DNA from: an uncultured virus (IMG/VR IMGVR_UViG_3300002835_000042)
Taxonomy: Duplodnaviria; Heunggongvirae; Uroviricota; Caudoviricetes
Length of the DNA: 56,514 nt
Strand: one strand, 5' to 3'
Virus record (IMG/VR): IMGVR_UViG_3300002835_000042
The stretch's first letter is position 1. Every line of letters begins with the position of its first letter. This document shows positions 38,422-48,491 of this stretch, in pieces. The notes beneath the pieces are model-generated. The model was not told the origin of the DNA. It saw nothing but the letters and a program-made list of their open reading frames with translations, and did no database searches. The position numbers and the translations under genes were made by a program.

Positions 38422-39843
38422 TTATTTTACCACAGAACTACTATATGTTTGCTCCCATTTTTCTATATCTTTTTCGTCATTTAACAATGGTTGTCCTTTT
38501 ATATTTAAACTTGTATTTAGTAATATAGGAATACCTGTCATTGCATGCCAATTAGATAATACTTCATATAGTCCTGGATGCTGTTCTTTTTTTACTGTCT
38601 GTACCCTTGAAGTCCCGTCTTTATGAACCACAGCAGGAATTTTATCTGGCTGCAAACATTTAACGGTATACTGCATATAGGGGCTTTCAAAATCCATATC
38701 AAACCATTTGTGTGCATGCTCTGCTAGTACCACTGGTGCAAATGGTCTAAAAAGTTCTCTTTGTTTAATTAGATTTACCTTATCTTTAATGTTTGGATCT
38801 CTTGGATCTGCAAGTATAGACCTATTACCCAATGCTCTTGGACCATACTCGGCCCTACCTGATGCCACTGCCACAACTTTGTCTCTTATTAGTCCTGTTA
38901 ATATTTTGCTTACTGGGTATTCCCCGCCCAAATCGTAACCCAAGTAAGGATTTTTCCACTCAATATGTTTTCCGTATAGTGCTGCTGCAGCGCCTAAAGA
39001 ACTTCCAGCATCACCAGGATTTGGCATAATCCAAATCGTATCAAAAATATTCCATAATAGCGTATTTGCTGAAGAGTTAAGAGCACACCCACCCATAAAT
39101 ACTAAATTGTTTTTACCAGTAATTGACTTTGCCATACGCATAAAGTCATTTAGTCTTTGCTCATAAACAAACTGAACTGCTGCTGCAATATCAAATTTAT
39201 CTTCTTCTAAAACCCAGCCCCAATCTGTAATTCCTTTATGAAAATTATATTTTTGATTGTCGTATGAAGGGAAATACTCGTCAACCTTCTTATAATACTT
39301 TGTCCAATCACCATAAGCAGCCATACCCATCATAATATATTCTTCTTGGTTTGGCATAAGACCTATTAGTTGTGTAAAGGCTGAATAGAATAATCCAAAA
39401 CTAATAGGATAATTTTGCTTATACTTTAGTTTAATCTTTTCGCCTTCGCCAACCCAAATTGTGGAGGTATTGTATTCACCCATAGCATCTAAAACAACAA
39501 TTGCAGCATCATTAAATGAACTTGTATAGTATCCTGCTGCAGCGTGAGAGTAGTGATGACTAAAAGATTTTCTTGGAATTCCAGGGAGTTCAAACCTTGG
39601 CTTCCAGTCTCCAGTCCCACCCCTTAAAGCCAGTCTGGAAGCCTTTAAAAGCGGTTTCTCATAGTAAGCAATATGATCTGGTACGCCATATTTTAAAGCA
39701 TCTTTTATTAAACTATCATTGATATACCAGTCATTTTTTTTCTTACTATATCTTTCTGCATGTCCTGCAAAAAGTATTTCTCCATCTTTGATTAGGGATA
39801 TTGAAGCGTCGTGAGATGTTTCGTTAATTCCAAGTATTATCAT
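38422..39843 (-). CDS. O-carbamoyltransferase (NodU/CmcH/TobZ family)
   Basis: HDAS, ERY, HHYSHA, GGCALN, GPRALGNRS, FRPFAP, LNTSLN. Confidence 0.93.
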   Translation of the reverse strand: MIILGINETSHDASISLIKDGEILFAGHAERYSKKKNDWYINDSLIKDALKYGVPDHIAYYEKPLLKASRLALRGGTGDWKPRFELPGIPRKSFSHHYSHAAAGYYTSSFNDAAIVVLDAMGEYNTSTIWVGEGEKIKLKYKQNYPISFGLFYSAFTQLIGLMPNQEEYIMMGMAAYGDWTKYYKKVDEYFPSYDNQKYNFHKGITDWGWVLEEDKFDIAAAVQFVYEQRLNDFMRMAKSITGKNNLVFMGGCALNSSANTLLWNIFDTIWIMPNPGDAGSSLGAAAALYGKHIEWKNPYLGYDLGGEYPVSKILTGLIRDKVVAVASGRAEYGPRALGNRSILADPRDPNIKDKVNLIKQRELFRPFAPVVLAEHAHKWFDMDFESPYMQYTVKCLQPDKIPAVVHKDGTSRVQTVKKEQHPGLYEVLSNWHAMTGIPILLNTSLNIKGQPLLNDEKDIEKWEQTYSSSVVK

Positions 39844-39921
39844 TAATATATAAAGTCTTTCTTTTTTCTTTTTTTATTTTTAAAGTATATGACTATTTTG
39901 TAGTACTGCCATCTAATATTG

Positions 39922-40833
39922 TTAATCATTTTTTATCTCCATATATTTATCTGCAAATAGTTTTGCAATATGGTGATTTACATGTATTCCCCAATGACCT
40001 AATTGTTTTTCTGAAACAGTATCTGCTGCCCAAGAGTATAGTTTGTGTCGAGAAAATTTTCCGCAATATTCTTTTTGAGACGATATAGAGCAATTTGAAA
40101 GGTGACTTTGTGGTTGATCGTCTGGCTGCTGAAGTAAATCTGATGTGTTTAAATAATTTTTTAAAATGTTGTAAGAAGAAAACTCCATTTCTTTTTTATC
40201 TTCTTTGCTATCATATATGCTCCATATAAATTTTATATTGTGTGATTCACAGTATTGTTCAAGCATTTTTATAAGCATAAAATTATAAAACATCACAAAC
40301 TCTTTTGGAATAACATATTCTGGGTTGTGTGGTACTTTTGAAATTTTTGTTATGTATTGTTGATAAAAGAATGCTATTCCTACTGATAACTCTGATCTTT
40401 GTGCCCCATTTCTTGGATTATCACCTTCAAATTTTCCTGGCACAGAAATATATTCTAGTCTATATAGTGGAAATAGCCCAATAACTAATTTTGGATTTCC
40501 TACTTCTTCAAAATATTTAAAGGCTTTATATACTTGAGCACCTATGGAATCTCCTGGAATTGCAAGCCTTGAATATTTTTGATTTGTAAAATTACAAAAA
40601 AACTCAGGCCATGTAAGTTCGTTGTGCATCCCAGAGCCGTAGGTTTGAGAGCAGCCCAAAACCACTACTTCGTTGTTTTTGTTAAATTCTTCAGATCTGT
40701 AGCCATGGCTATTGATATTGTAAGATATTTCCTCTAAAATATCTTGATTAGAATAAACCGTTTTACCAAGTTCACTTGGATGTCTTCTTGATGCTTCCTT
40801 TAATGTTCTGTAAAACAAAAGATTTTCGTTCAT
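39922..40833 (-). CDS. SGNH-like hypothetical protein (paralog of 37572..38417)
   Basis: NSHGYR, LGCSQTYG, GHWG. Confidence 0.55.
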   Translation of the reverse strand: MNENLLFYRTLKEASRRHPSELGKTVYSNQDILEEISYNINSHGYRSEEFNKNNEVVVLGCSQTYGSGMHNELTWPEFFCNFTNQKYSRLAIPGDSIGAQVYKAFKYFEEVGNPKLVIGLFPLYRLEYISVPGKFEGDNPRNGAQRSELSVGIAFFYQQYITKISKVPHNPEYVIPKEFVMFYNFMLIKMLEQYCESHNIKFIWSIYDSKEDKKEMEFSSYNILKNYLNTSDLLQQPDDQPQSHLSNCSISSQKEYCGKFSRHKLYSWAADTVSEKQLGHWGIHVNHHIAKLFADKYMEIKND

Positions 40834-40847
40834 ATAACTAATTATAG

Positions 40848-40919
40848 CACCCCTGGCAGGAATCGAACCTGCGACAAACGGATTAGAAGTCCGCTACTCT
40901 TCCGCTGAGTTACAGAGGT
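40848..40919 (-). tRNA. tRNA-Arg(TCT)
   Basis: Cloverleaf, anticodon loop CT-TCT-AA, GGTTCGATTCC T-arm; CCA not encoded. Confidence 0.92.
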
Positions 40920-40923
40920 TCAG

Positions 40924-40996
40924 TATCTCCAACGGGATTCGAACCCGTGTTGCCACCGTGAAAGGGTGGAGTCCTAGGCCTCTAGACCATGGAGAC
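40924..40996 (-). tRNA. tRNA-Glu(TTC)
   Basis: Anticodon arm CCACC-CTTTCAC-GGTGG; GGTTCGAATCC. Confidence 0.92.
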
Positions 40997-41000
40997 ATAG

Positions 41001-41074
41001 TAGAGCAGGTAGGACTTGAACCTACGATAACCGAATTATGAGTTCGGGGCCTTGACCAACTTGGCTACTGCTCC
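41001..41074 (-). tRNA. tRNA with CAT anticodon (Met or Ile2)
   Basis: CCGAA-CTCATAA-TTCGG; GGTTCAAGTCC. Confidence 0.88.
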
Positions 41075-41274
41075 CCGTATATTAATTTGATATTAGTCTT
41101 AAGCCAGAAGAAATAATCTCTTGTCTTTTAGCAATTAGTTTGCGTTCATGCTTTGACAAGTATGGCTTATCTTTTATTCTTTTCTTATTTTTAGCATAGC
41201 GTTTTGCTTTGTGTTGAGATGCCTTGTTGTTATTTTTTTTCATAATACAATCATATCATAGTTGCCACGTATAG

Positions 41275-41724
41275 TCAACCACGATCACCGTCCCAATCTC
41301 CTATTTTTGTAGTAGGAATTCCATTGTCCTCCCACAATTTTATAACATATGGGTTGTCATCTACTGCATGAACAACATCCCAAAGTTCTGTAATTCTATT
41401 AAGTATATCTCTTTTGGTTTCGTAATCTGGCCTGTGATCATCGTCTGCTCTCATAAAAAGTGCATGACACTTTATCTTATTTCTTGCAAGCCACAGAGAG
41501 GTTATGCCACGGTATTTTTCTTTTCTGGATGTAACAATTATTATAGAGTGGTCATCACTAGCAGAATTATTTAGCATCTCTACAACTTCTACATTTGGCA
41601 GGGCATCAATAGAAGAATAGTGAAATGCATCGTAATCTTTATTACCATTACGGACATAGTGTAAGAACGGATCTACATTGGCAAGAGTTCCATCTACATC
41701 GTAGATGTGTGCTGTAGGCTTCAC
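41275..41724 (-). CDS. HAD phosphatase, T4 PNK (PseT) 3'-phosphatase-like
   Basis: YDVDGTL, VTSR, LFMR, VDDNP. Confidence 0.8.
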   Translation of the reverse strand: MKPTAHIYDVDGTLANVDPFLHYVRNGNKDYDAFHYSSIDALPNVEVVEMLNNSASDDHSIIIVTSRKEKYRGITSLWLARNKIKCHALFMRADDDHRPDYETKRDILNRITELWDVVHAVDDNPYVIKLWEDNGIPTTKIGDWDGDRG

Positions 41725-41817
41725 TTATGATCTTTCATATGTCTTGCTAGAGACTCATTGGCCATGATTCCCCATCTTAATTCCCATTCTTTTTTACAAA
41801 TAGCACATATAACTAAT

Positions 41818-42120
41818 CTACTCATCTTTTCCCCATTTTTCCCAATACGGAATTCCATCTTCATCATAGTCATCCCACTCAGGACCAGACATATCTTCTT
41901 TAAAAGACAGTAGGTCTACCATGTAGTATGTGCCCCACTTCTCGTATGGTTTGTTTACATAGTGCCAAACCTTTGTATGAAATTTAAAGCGAGGTCCAAA
42001 GTTTTCATCATCCTGTAGGTTAAATGCTTTAACTAAACTATTACTTGAAATTTGACCACACAGATTCCCAAACCATCTTAATGGAAGAATATTAGTCTTT
42101 TCTACTTTATGAGATATCAT
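41818..42120 (-). CDS. hypothetical protein
   Basis: 100-aa ORF. Confidence 0.5.
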   Translation of the reverse strand: MISHKVEKTNILPLRWFGNLCGQISSNSLVKAFNLQDDENFGPRFKFHTKVWHYVNKPYEKWGTYYMVDLLSFKEDMSGPEWDDYDEDGIPYWEKWGKDE

Positions 42121-42417
42121 CTACTACTCAAAATCTTTTTGGTTTTCAAACATATTGGTCATGTAGTTATCTTTTCCTCTGGCCACCGCAGCAGCAAGAA
42201 TACGCATACCAAGAGCGTTTAGTTGTGAACCACCTTCTGCAATTGGGATAGACTCTATCTTTAGTGCAATCTCTTCCCGTAGCATCATTTCATCAATACT
42301 CATTTTATTTCCAGCCTTTAATTCTGATCAACTTTATATGTCATTATAAAATAACATGCAATATACCCAAGTATAAAAGCAGGGATTAAAAAGAATGCAC
42401 TTATCATAGACTATCTC

Positions 42418-42666
42418 CTATAGTGGTAGTTCATTGACTGGTTCTTTAGACCAGTGAATGTAGGATCTAATGTATACTGCTGCATATGCAAGGGCAGATA
42501 GAATAAATCCATATTGCTTAGTAACTATAGCATAACCTATCCATAGTGTCTCATTAAACAATAAGACAAACCATCCCCATGCATCTTTACGGCCAACAAA
42601 GTATATACCTGCTACCCCAATGACAGCAAGAATCCATGAGCCATATGTATCCATTAATTGTTCCAT
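42418..42666 (-). CDS. small membrane protein (PnuC-like)
   Basis: Three TM segments; TTGACT...TATACT promoter just upstream. Confidence 0.55.
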   Translation of the reverse strand: MEQLMDTYGSWILAVIGVAGIYFVGRKDAWGWFVLLFNETLWIGYAIVTKQYGFILSALAYAAVYIRSYIHWSKEPVNELPL

Positions 42667-43408
42667 ATATCCAGTATACCCTATGTCAGTGGTTTAGTCA
42701 AATATCTCTGCCCTTGGTCTTAAACCATGAGCCTATAAATCCATTGAGTACTTTACTTCTTAATATTTCTGCAAATGTTCCGTGAGGCATTTCTGAACCG
42801 ATGTATTCTTGTCCTGTTTCAAGGTCAATTAGTTTCCATTTGGCAGGAGCCTTGGTGTGTATAATTAAATCAACAGGCTTCTCGTAGGAATCAACTTCTG
42901 ATCCATCTTTAAGTTTTCTTTTATTAATTTTTAGGTCCTATCTCAAGATACCAAGGCTACAGTAAAGTGTTTGGCACAGACATCGGCAACAATATATTTT
43001 TCATCTTTAACGACTACATCATAGTAGATCGCTTCTTGATTACAGAAAAAACATTTTGTTTTGGTCATAAAACCATTATATCATAAATAATGTTATTTAT
43101 TACTATCTGAACTTACTTTATCTTTAGGCACCCACACCTTTTTCCCATCTTTCCAGACAGGCCAGTAGCCTAGGGAACGCCAATCCATCTTCGTAATCTT
43201 AGGCTCCCTTGGCACACCACACCTTGTAATCACTCATAGTTTGATGGGTATCCCAGTAGTTAATGTTTTCTTTATCCATCCCGCAGGTTTTACAGATCAT
43301 TGTCTATGCCTTTTCTTATTACCAAACTTAGCCTTAATATCAGCCTTAGCCTGATCAACGATAATCTTGGTTAATTCTTCAACAGTAAACTCTTGGTCAA
43401 AGGTTTGT

Positions 43409-43615
43409 TCAGTATCCACCACAGCACTCATTTCTTGTATGGTATAGTCTAACTTTTGTTAAAATTTTGCGGGTAGGTGCAAAAAGATCTTCGCTACAGC
43501 ATCCACACTTCATATGCCATTCTCTAGCAAAGAAGTCATACACAGCACCTTTAGCGTTGGCATACTTGTTGGCTACAAAGGTTTGAAATGGATCTGGTAT
43601 TTCCATATTGATCAT
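43409..43615 (-). CDS. hypothetical protein
   Basis: 68 aa with a CGCC...H...C motif. Confidence 0.45.
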   Translation of the reverse strand: MINMEIPDPFQTFVANKYANAKGAVYDFFAREWHMKCGCCSEDLFAPTRKILTKVRLYHTRNECCGGY

Positions 43616-43663
43616 ATCCTAAGTATATCGATTTTGGCGGGGGATGTCAAGTATAATAGACTT

Positions 43664-43993
43664 ATGACCCTATTATACATACTCTACAGCCCTATATACA
43701 AGGCTATCAAGATAGGTATATCAGATGTGTCTGGTAGAAGGTTTGCAAGCCACAGGCAGAAGGGCTGGGTTCTAATCAAGTATTGGTGGTTTTCCGAACG
43801 GGATCAAGCAAGAGCAGTAGAATCCCTAGTATTAGACACACTAAGGACTAAGTACGGACACTTCCTAAGCAAGGCAGATATGCCTCAAGGTGGGTATACG
43901 GAGACGTTTGATGCGTCAAAAATTACGAGACGAGGTTTGGTCCGCATGGTCAATAATGCTATTAGCAAGTCTTTAGAGTTCGGCGCAAAATAG
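43664..43993 (+). CDS. GIY-YIG/T5orf172-like protein
   Basis: LYIL...KIGIS...R...E...YTETF; TATAAT 6 nt upstream. Confidence 0.6.
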   Translation: MTLLYILYSPIYKAIKIGISDVSGRRFASHRQKGWVLIKYWWFSERDQARAVESLVLDTLRTKYGHFLSKADMPQGGYTETFDASKITRRGLVRMVNNAISKSLEFGAK

Positions 43994-44103
43994 AGTTAAC
44001 AAACCTTCCTATGCCCTAAGAGGGCAATAGCGGTTAGTATCCTAAAAATGCGGGGAAGAAAAAGATATCATCATAATCCCCAATAGCATGATAGAATACC
44101 TAT

Positions 44104-44919
44104 ATGAAACCAGAACTATGTAACGCAAGCCCTAAAGGAATAGGTCATGCTGGTGAGTATGGCAAGATAGGCTTTTGCAGATGTGGCAGATTTGTCTCCC
44201 ATGAGGCAGATAGCCCATGTAAGGTTTTAGATACAGCCAATGAGAAGGATTATCTACCAATACCAGATGATTGTCAGTGTAATGAGTCAAATTGCCCATG
44301 TGGGGAGTTTTTGTCACATAGTGTTTTTGATTCATGTACCGCCAAAATATCCTCAAAGGACATAAGCATAGTCACTGATATATTCTCAAAAGAAGAGATA
44401 GAGATTTTGTATGAGAACATAAAGGCCAATAAGTCAGAGTCAACTGACGAGTATGGCAGGATTAGGTATGCCCTTATGTCAAATAGCGTAAGCCAAAAGA
44501 TTTTTGATAAGTTACATAATGTTATAAAGAAAGTTACTGATCTACCGTTGCAGATAAGCAATGTTACCTATGTAGAATATAACTTGTTGTATGGCAAACC
44601 CAACCTACCAGCACATGTCGATAGAGATTCAACTGAGTTGATTCTAAATATCCAGTTAGAGTCTAATACAGATTGGGCTTTAGGCTTAAACTTTGAGACA
44701 TATAGCCTAGTAGACAACTCTGCCCTGGTTTTTAATCCCAACAAAGAGATCCATTGGAGAGTCCATAAGGAGTTTAAGGATGGAGAATATGTCAGAATGC
44801 TCTTTGTAAGGTTTGGCAATCAAGAGAAACCATCAGACTATTCTTATCTTCCAGACCATCCAGATAATGAAATGTTTAAAGAAGTAAGAGAGTTTAGAGA
44901 TAGTCTAAGAGGGTTCTGA
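44104..44919 (+). CDS. 2OG-Fe(II) oxygenase with Cys-rich N-terminus
   Basis: LPAHVD...IHWR facial-triad pattern. Confidence 0.65.
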   Translation: MKPELCNASPKGIGHAGEYGKIGFCRCGRFVSHEADSPCKVLDTANEKDYLPIPDDCQCNESNCPCGEFLSHSVFDSCTAKISSKDISIVTDIFSKEEIEILYENIKANKSESTDEYGRIRYALMSNSVSQKIFDKLHNVIKKVTDLPLQISNVTYVEYNLLYGKPNLPAHVDRDSTELILNIQLESNTDWALGLNFETYSLVDNSALVFNPNKEIHWRVHKEFKDGEYVRMLFVRFGNQEKPSDYSYLPDHPDNEMFKEVREFRDSLRGF

Positions 44920-45068
44920 TAAGCCTTCGTAATACTCTGCAGTTGCTTCAATTATCTGGTTTGCTAGTTTGATAGATAGGGCATCTTTATGCTTACCCTT
45001 CAAATGATCATAGATAATATCTGCAATAATCTCATGTAGGTTCATACTTATCAATTATAGCATCATAG

Positions 45069-45133
45069 TTATCCACAGGTTTGACACATCTATATTGGTT
45101 TGGATATAGAAGTTATCCACAGGTTTATCCACA
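45069..45133 (+). promoter_or_regulatory. three perfect DnaA boxes
   Basis: TTATCCACA at 45069, 45113 and 45125. Confidence 0.7.
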
Positions 45134-45169
45134 GATAAATGTTACTGATTATATTATTAAACAGTCTAG

Positions 45170-45900
45170 AAGTGGAGTGAAGTGGAGGATAGTGGAGAAT
45201 GGCGCACTTTCATAGATTGCTCGTAATGTCAAATCGAAAAACCTTCCTATCCCAAACCTCACAAACCCTCATACCACATATGCCCGATATTGTCAAACCT
45301 CATATCCCATTGTAAGGTTTGGGCATTATACATGCAAAATGATGGTTTGTCAAGTCCTTGTATGCATGATTTTGCCCATAAAAAATCTCCCAAAACCAGG
45401 GAGAAATTGTCGATAATCGTAATGTTATTTTATAAAACCAATATGGAATTTATAGAAAACCAGGATAAAAGGTTTGTTATTCTATAGGGGGTTGTTTTGT
45501 TCTTCTTGATCCCCCGCATTTTGCGACGGCATTGGGTAAGGCGCATCAATCTTAGTACTATTAACGATTTCGGCAGGGGATCTAAAGAAAGGAAAGAAAG
45601 CCCTAAGAGTAACAATAGAATACAACATACCTGTTATGGTTTGAATGTCATCATGAAATATTTCGATATCTCTTTTAGAGTCATGGCGATGAGATCTTTC
45701 GCTATAAAGGTTTGCAAAATGTCTTGGACTCATATATAAATTATACACCTAGTTTGACAAACCAAGGTTTGCGTGGTATAAGGTTTGGGGATATAAAGGT
45801 TTGGATCGTAATGTTCAGCAGGGGGAAAGTTTTAGGGGTTCGTAATGTCTTTTCGTAATAAGGTTTAGAGGTTTGTGGTTTGTCAATAAGAAGTCCCGGC
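45170..45900. repeat. repeat-rich, mostly non-coding region (candidate origin or genome-end region)
   Basis: AGTGGAG x3 with 10-nt period; many GGTTT(G)/(C)AAACC; TCGTAATGT x4. Confidence 0.6.
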
Positions 45901-45905
45901 CCTTT

Positions 45906-46199
45906 TCAGGGGTTGGGATTATTGTGTTGGTCTAATGCTTCTAGACAATCCCAAAGGTCTTGCAAATCGTCAAACCCAGAATCCACAAGGTTCAACGCCT
46001 CTAGCAATAAGTCAAATGTTTCGTTAACATATTTCTCTAGTGTTGGTGTGCTATTGATTATTCCCTCAGCATAAGCAAAAGCAAGAGGGATACCGATATC
46101 ATTGTATTCAAAAAAATCTGCCATCTCATCATCAGTTTTGTGTTGCATCCAAACCTGACCTAAGATTAAAGCCTTGCTGTCAAAAGTTGTTGTGGGCAT
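45906..46199 (-). CDS. acidic hypothetical protein
   Basis: 97-aa ORF with AAGGAAGG RBS. Confidence 0.55.
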   Translation of the reverse strand: MPTTTFDSKALILGQVWMQHKTDDEMADFFEYNDIGIPLAFAYAEGIINSTPTLEKYVNETFDLLLEALNLVDSGFDDLQDLWDCLEALDQHNNPNP

Positions 46200-46386
46200 A
46201 ATTTGTACCTTCCTTAGTTTCTTTGGCTGACTCTGCTATTACCTGTAATCTATTATACACGACATTGGGTTGGGACTTTGCTAAGTATTCCCCCACTAAT
46301 TCCAAATCAACTCTGAGGTCAGAAATCTCATTGCCAAGTTTGTTAGCAACTTTTTCCTCCGCTGTTAGTATTCGTCTTATACGCAT
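46180..46386 (-). CDS. hypothetical protein
   Basis: 68 aa; GGAGGAGG RBS. Confidence 0.55.
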   Translation of the reverse strand: MRIRRILTAEEKVANKLGNEISDLRVDLELVGEYLAKSQPNVVYNRLQVIAESAKETKEGTNYAHNNF

Positions 46387-46474
46387 AGTCCTCCTCCAGT
46401 ATCCATTGTATCAAAAAGTAGGGGAAAGGGCAACCCCACGCTGCCCCTCCCCTGTAGATCTAAGGGACCCAACC

Positions 46475-46834
46475 TTAGACCTTCGCAATTAAATTTGTGT
46501 GATATGAGATAAAGTCTTCAATCTTGTGCCAGTCTTCACCGCTGCCCACGGTCATGTCTGTTAAATCTATTGTGATTGGTGAGTCCAAGAAACCTTGGTC
46601 GCTAGGGTCCATGGCATAAATTCCATAGCCTGTCTCATCGAGCACAGAATCTCTAATAATATGGCTAATGGCCATGCGGGTAGCATATGGGATATCTCCC
46701 ATTTGTAGACGTGGACGAGCATGATGTAAGGCTGCTGCTAGTACCTCGTGCATATAGTCCTCATCCCAGTGACTGTACAGGCATACGGCCATGTCTTCTG
46801 ATTGTTTGAATACAAAGTTACAACGGGCTCCCAT
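46475..46834 (-). CDS. hypothetical protein
   Basis: MGARCNF...LYSHWD; GGAG RBS. Confidence 0.6.
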   Translation of the reverse strand: MGARCNFVFKQSEDMAVCLYSHWDEDYMHEVLAAALHHARPRLQMGDIPYATRMAISHIIRDSVLDETGYGIYAMDPSDQGFLDSPITIDLTDMTVGSGEDWHKIEDFISYHTNLIAKV

Positions 46835-47068
46835 TATTTGTGCTCCCCTGTATATCCAGTTAGGCCACCTGATAGTGCACCAAGAAACCAAATGATAGCC
46901 AAAATTCCTAGAATAATTTCCATTACTCTTGCTCCTTAAAAGATACGATTGATAGTTGGTTTAATATTTCATTGCAGAGGTCCGCCTCATTATCTGACTC
47001 AGCCTCATATTTAAAATGCATGTAGTCGCCTGTGGGTTCAAAGATAACTTCTACAGTATATTCATTCA

Positions 47069-47392
47069 TTAGTTAATGTCACCTTCGAAATCAATAACTA
47101 CCTTGCTAACTCGTCCGTCCTCATTGAGTTGAACAAAGACAGGATAGTATCCGTCGCCATAGCCTGTGTTGAATACAACGGCAGAGCCTACGCCAAGTTC
47201 TCCATAAGACTTCTCAATTGTTGTAGCAGAGGCACCCTGATAGGAATACTGACCTATCTTGCCGTCCAAATCCCACTCCTCGCCTTCATTGGTTTTCCAT
47301 TGGTCAAGGTAGCAGGGGTCGCCCACCATTGCTTGTCCGCTATCCACACCAAAACGGCCTGCCTCGATAAGATTATTTAGTTCTACTTTCAT
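47069..47392 (-). CDS. DUF4241-like protein
   Basis: GVDSGQ..DPCY...TGYGDGYYPV. Confidence 0.6.
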   Translation of the reverse strand: MKVELNNLIEAGRFGVDSGQAMVGDPCYLDQWKTNEGEEWDLDGKIGQYSYQGASATTIEKSYGELGVGSAVVFNTGYGDGYYPVFVQLNEDGRVSKVVIDFEGDIN

Positions 47393-47847
47393 TGGGTCTC
47401 CTTTATTTTTAGTCCTACTAGGGTCATTTCTTCAAGTGTAGCACATTCTGTACATTTTTCCAAATCGTGTTCTTGGAAGGCATCTCTAATAAGATTATCA
47501 GGGTCTTCCAGTTCAGCATAACAGTTCTCACAGAAGTACCACTGTACTCCTACTTGAATCTGAATCGTGGTATTAGGTGGGCACGGTACCTCAGTGATGA
47601 AGTATCCTAATCTATTTACAAATCCCCAGCCAGACCAGATATAAGAGCCACCGTCATCACCGTCGCCATACATCCAGATTTTGTCAGGGGATTGAGATTT
47701 AACAAACTCTACCTCATCACCATAGGTTTCAAACATAAGACCATTACCGTCCTCATCCTGAAAGGAGGCATTCTTGTCTATATGGTTAGTGATTGGTTTG
47801 TATTGCTCAATCCAATCTTCAAATGATAGTTCAATGAATGTGTCCAT
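47389..47847 (-). CDS. acidic hypothetical protein with two CxxC pairs
   Basis: ORF track; coupled to neighbours. Confidence 0.55.
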   Translation of the reverse strand: MDTFIELSFEDWIEQYKPITNHIDKNASFQDEDGNGLMFETYGDEVEFVKSQSPDKIWMYGDGDDGGSYIWSGWGFVNRLGYFITEVPCPPNTTIQIQVGVQWYFCENCYAELEDPDNLIRDAFQEHDLEKCTECATLEEMTLVGLKIKETQ

Positions 47848-48026
47848 TACAGTTTCCCCTCGATGTTTGTAGATTCGCACTCTTTACAAGTGCCTTCCTC
47901 AACATCATGATACTCCTTATAGGTGACATCTACAAGTTCGCCTGCTTGGTCGTACTCAGCCTCATTGTAACTGTTCTCCATATAAGTAAACTTAACAGTG
48001 TTACCGCAATCTAGGCACTTAGGCAT
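47847..48026 (-). CDS. small zinc-ribbon protein
   Basis: CLDC...CKEC. Confidence 0.55.
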   Translation of the reverse strand: MPKCLDCGNTVKFTYMENSYNEAEYDQAGELVDVTYKEYHDVEEGTCKECESTNIEGKL

Positions 48027-48291
48027 TCTTCTTTGTCCTATCACTAATGGCAAACGATAGTTGGTATGTCAGGGCATATACCCAAGATAGAGCGTCCATT
48101 TGGCCTTCCCAGTACTTCCGCTCCATGGAATCCATAGCCTCTTCCGTGTATTCTTCTTGCTCAACAGCGGCATTGTATTCTTTCTCAGCCTCATACATGA
48201 GGTTCTTAAGTTCACCATGGAGGATATCAGTTCCTGATTCTCCAAGGTCAACGAGTTTCTGTAGGTGTGGTGCTAGTTCTGTAGTTATCAT
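48019..48291 (-). CDS. acidic hypothetical protein (probably leaderless)
   Basis: ATG 6 nt after the -10 of the promoter at 48298-48319. Confidence 0.6.
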   Translation of the reverse strand: MITTELAPHLQKLVDLGESGTDILHGELKNLMYEAEKEYNAAVEQEEYTEEAMDSMERKYWEGQMDALSWVYALTYQLSFAISDRTKKNA

Positions 48292-48488
48292 TACTCTATC
48301 ATACCCTCTGCCACTGACAAAATGTGGCGGGTAGCAAGAGATTGACCTGACACATGATTATACTCAAAGTCTAACTCAGTGTAATCTTTAGAAGCAGGGT
48401 CAAGGCTCTCCATCTGATTAGAGATATCCTCTAGGTCCTGCTCTAGGCTGATTGCGTGTATCTTTAGATATTCTATTAATGTGTTCAT
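48291..48488 (-). CDS. hypothetical protein
   Basis: 65-aa coupled ORF. Confidence 0.5.
   Translation of the reverse strand: MNTLIEYLKIHAISLEQDLEDISNQMESLDPASKDYTELDFEYNHVSGQSLATRHILSVAEGMIE
48298..48319 (-). promoter_or_regulatory. RecA-NDp/PafBC-type promoter
   Basis: TGTCAG-tggcagaggg-TATGAT. Confidence 0.65.
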
Positions 48489-48491
48489 ATA

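Noticed and set aside
40848..41074. tRNA cluster as an integration site or prophage boundary
   Set aside because: No integrase or duplicated tRNA 3' end; phage-type genes continue on both sides
45482..45748. 88-aa minus-strand ORF inside the repeat region
   Set aside because: May be real, but it has no recognisable motif and overlaps GGTTT repeats, so it is not listed as a feature
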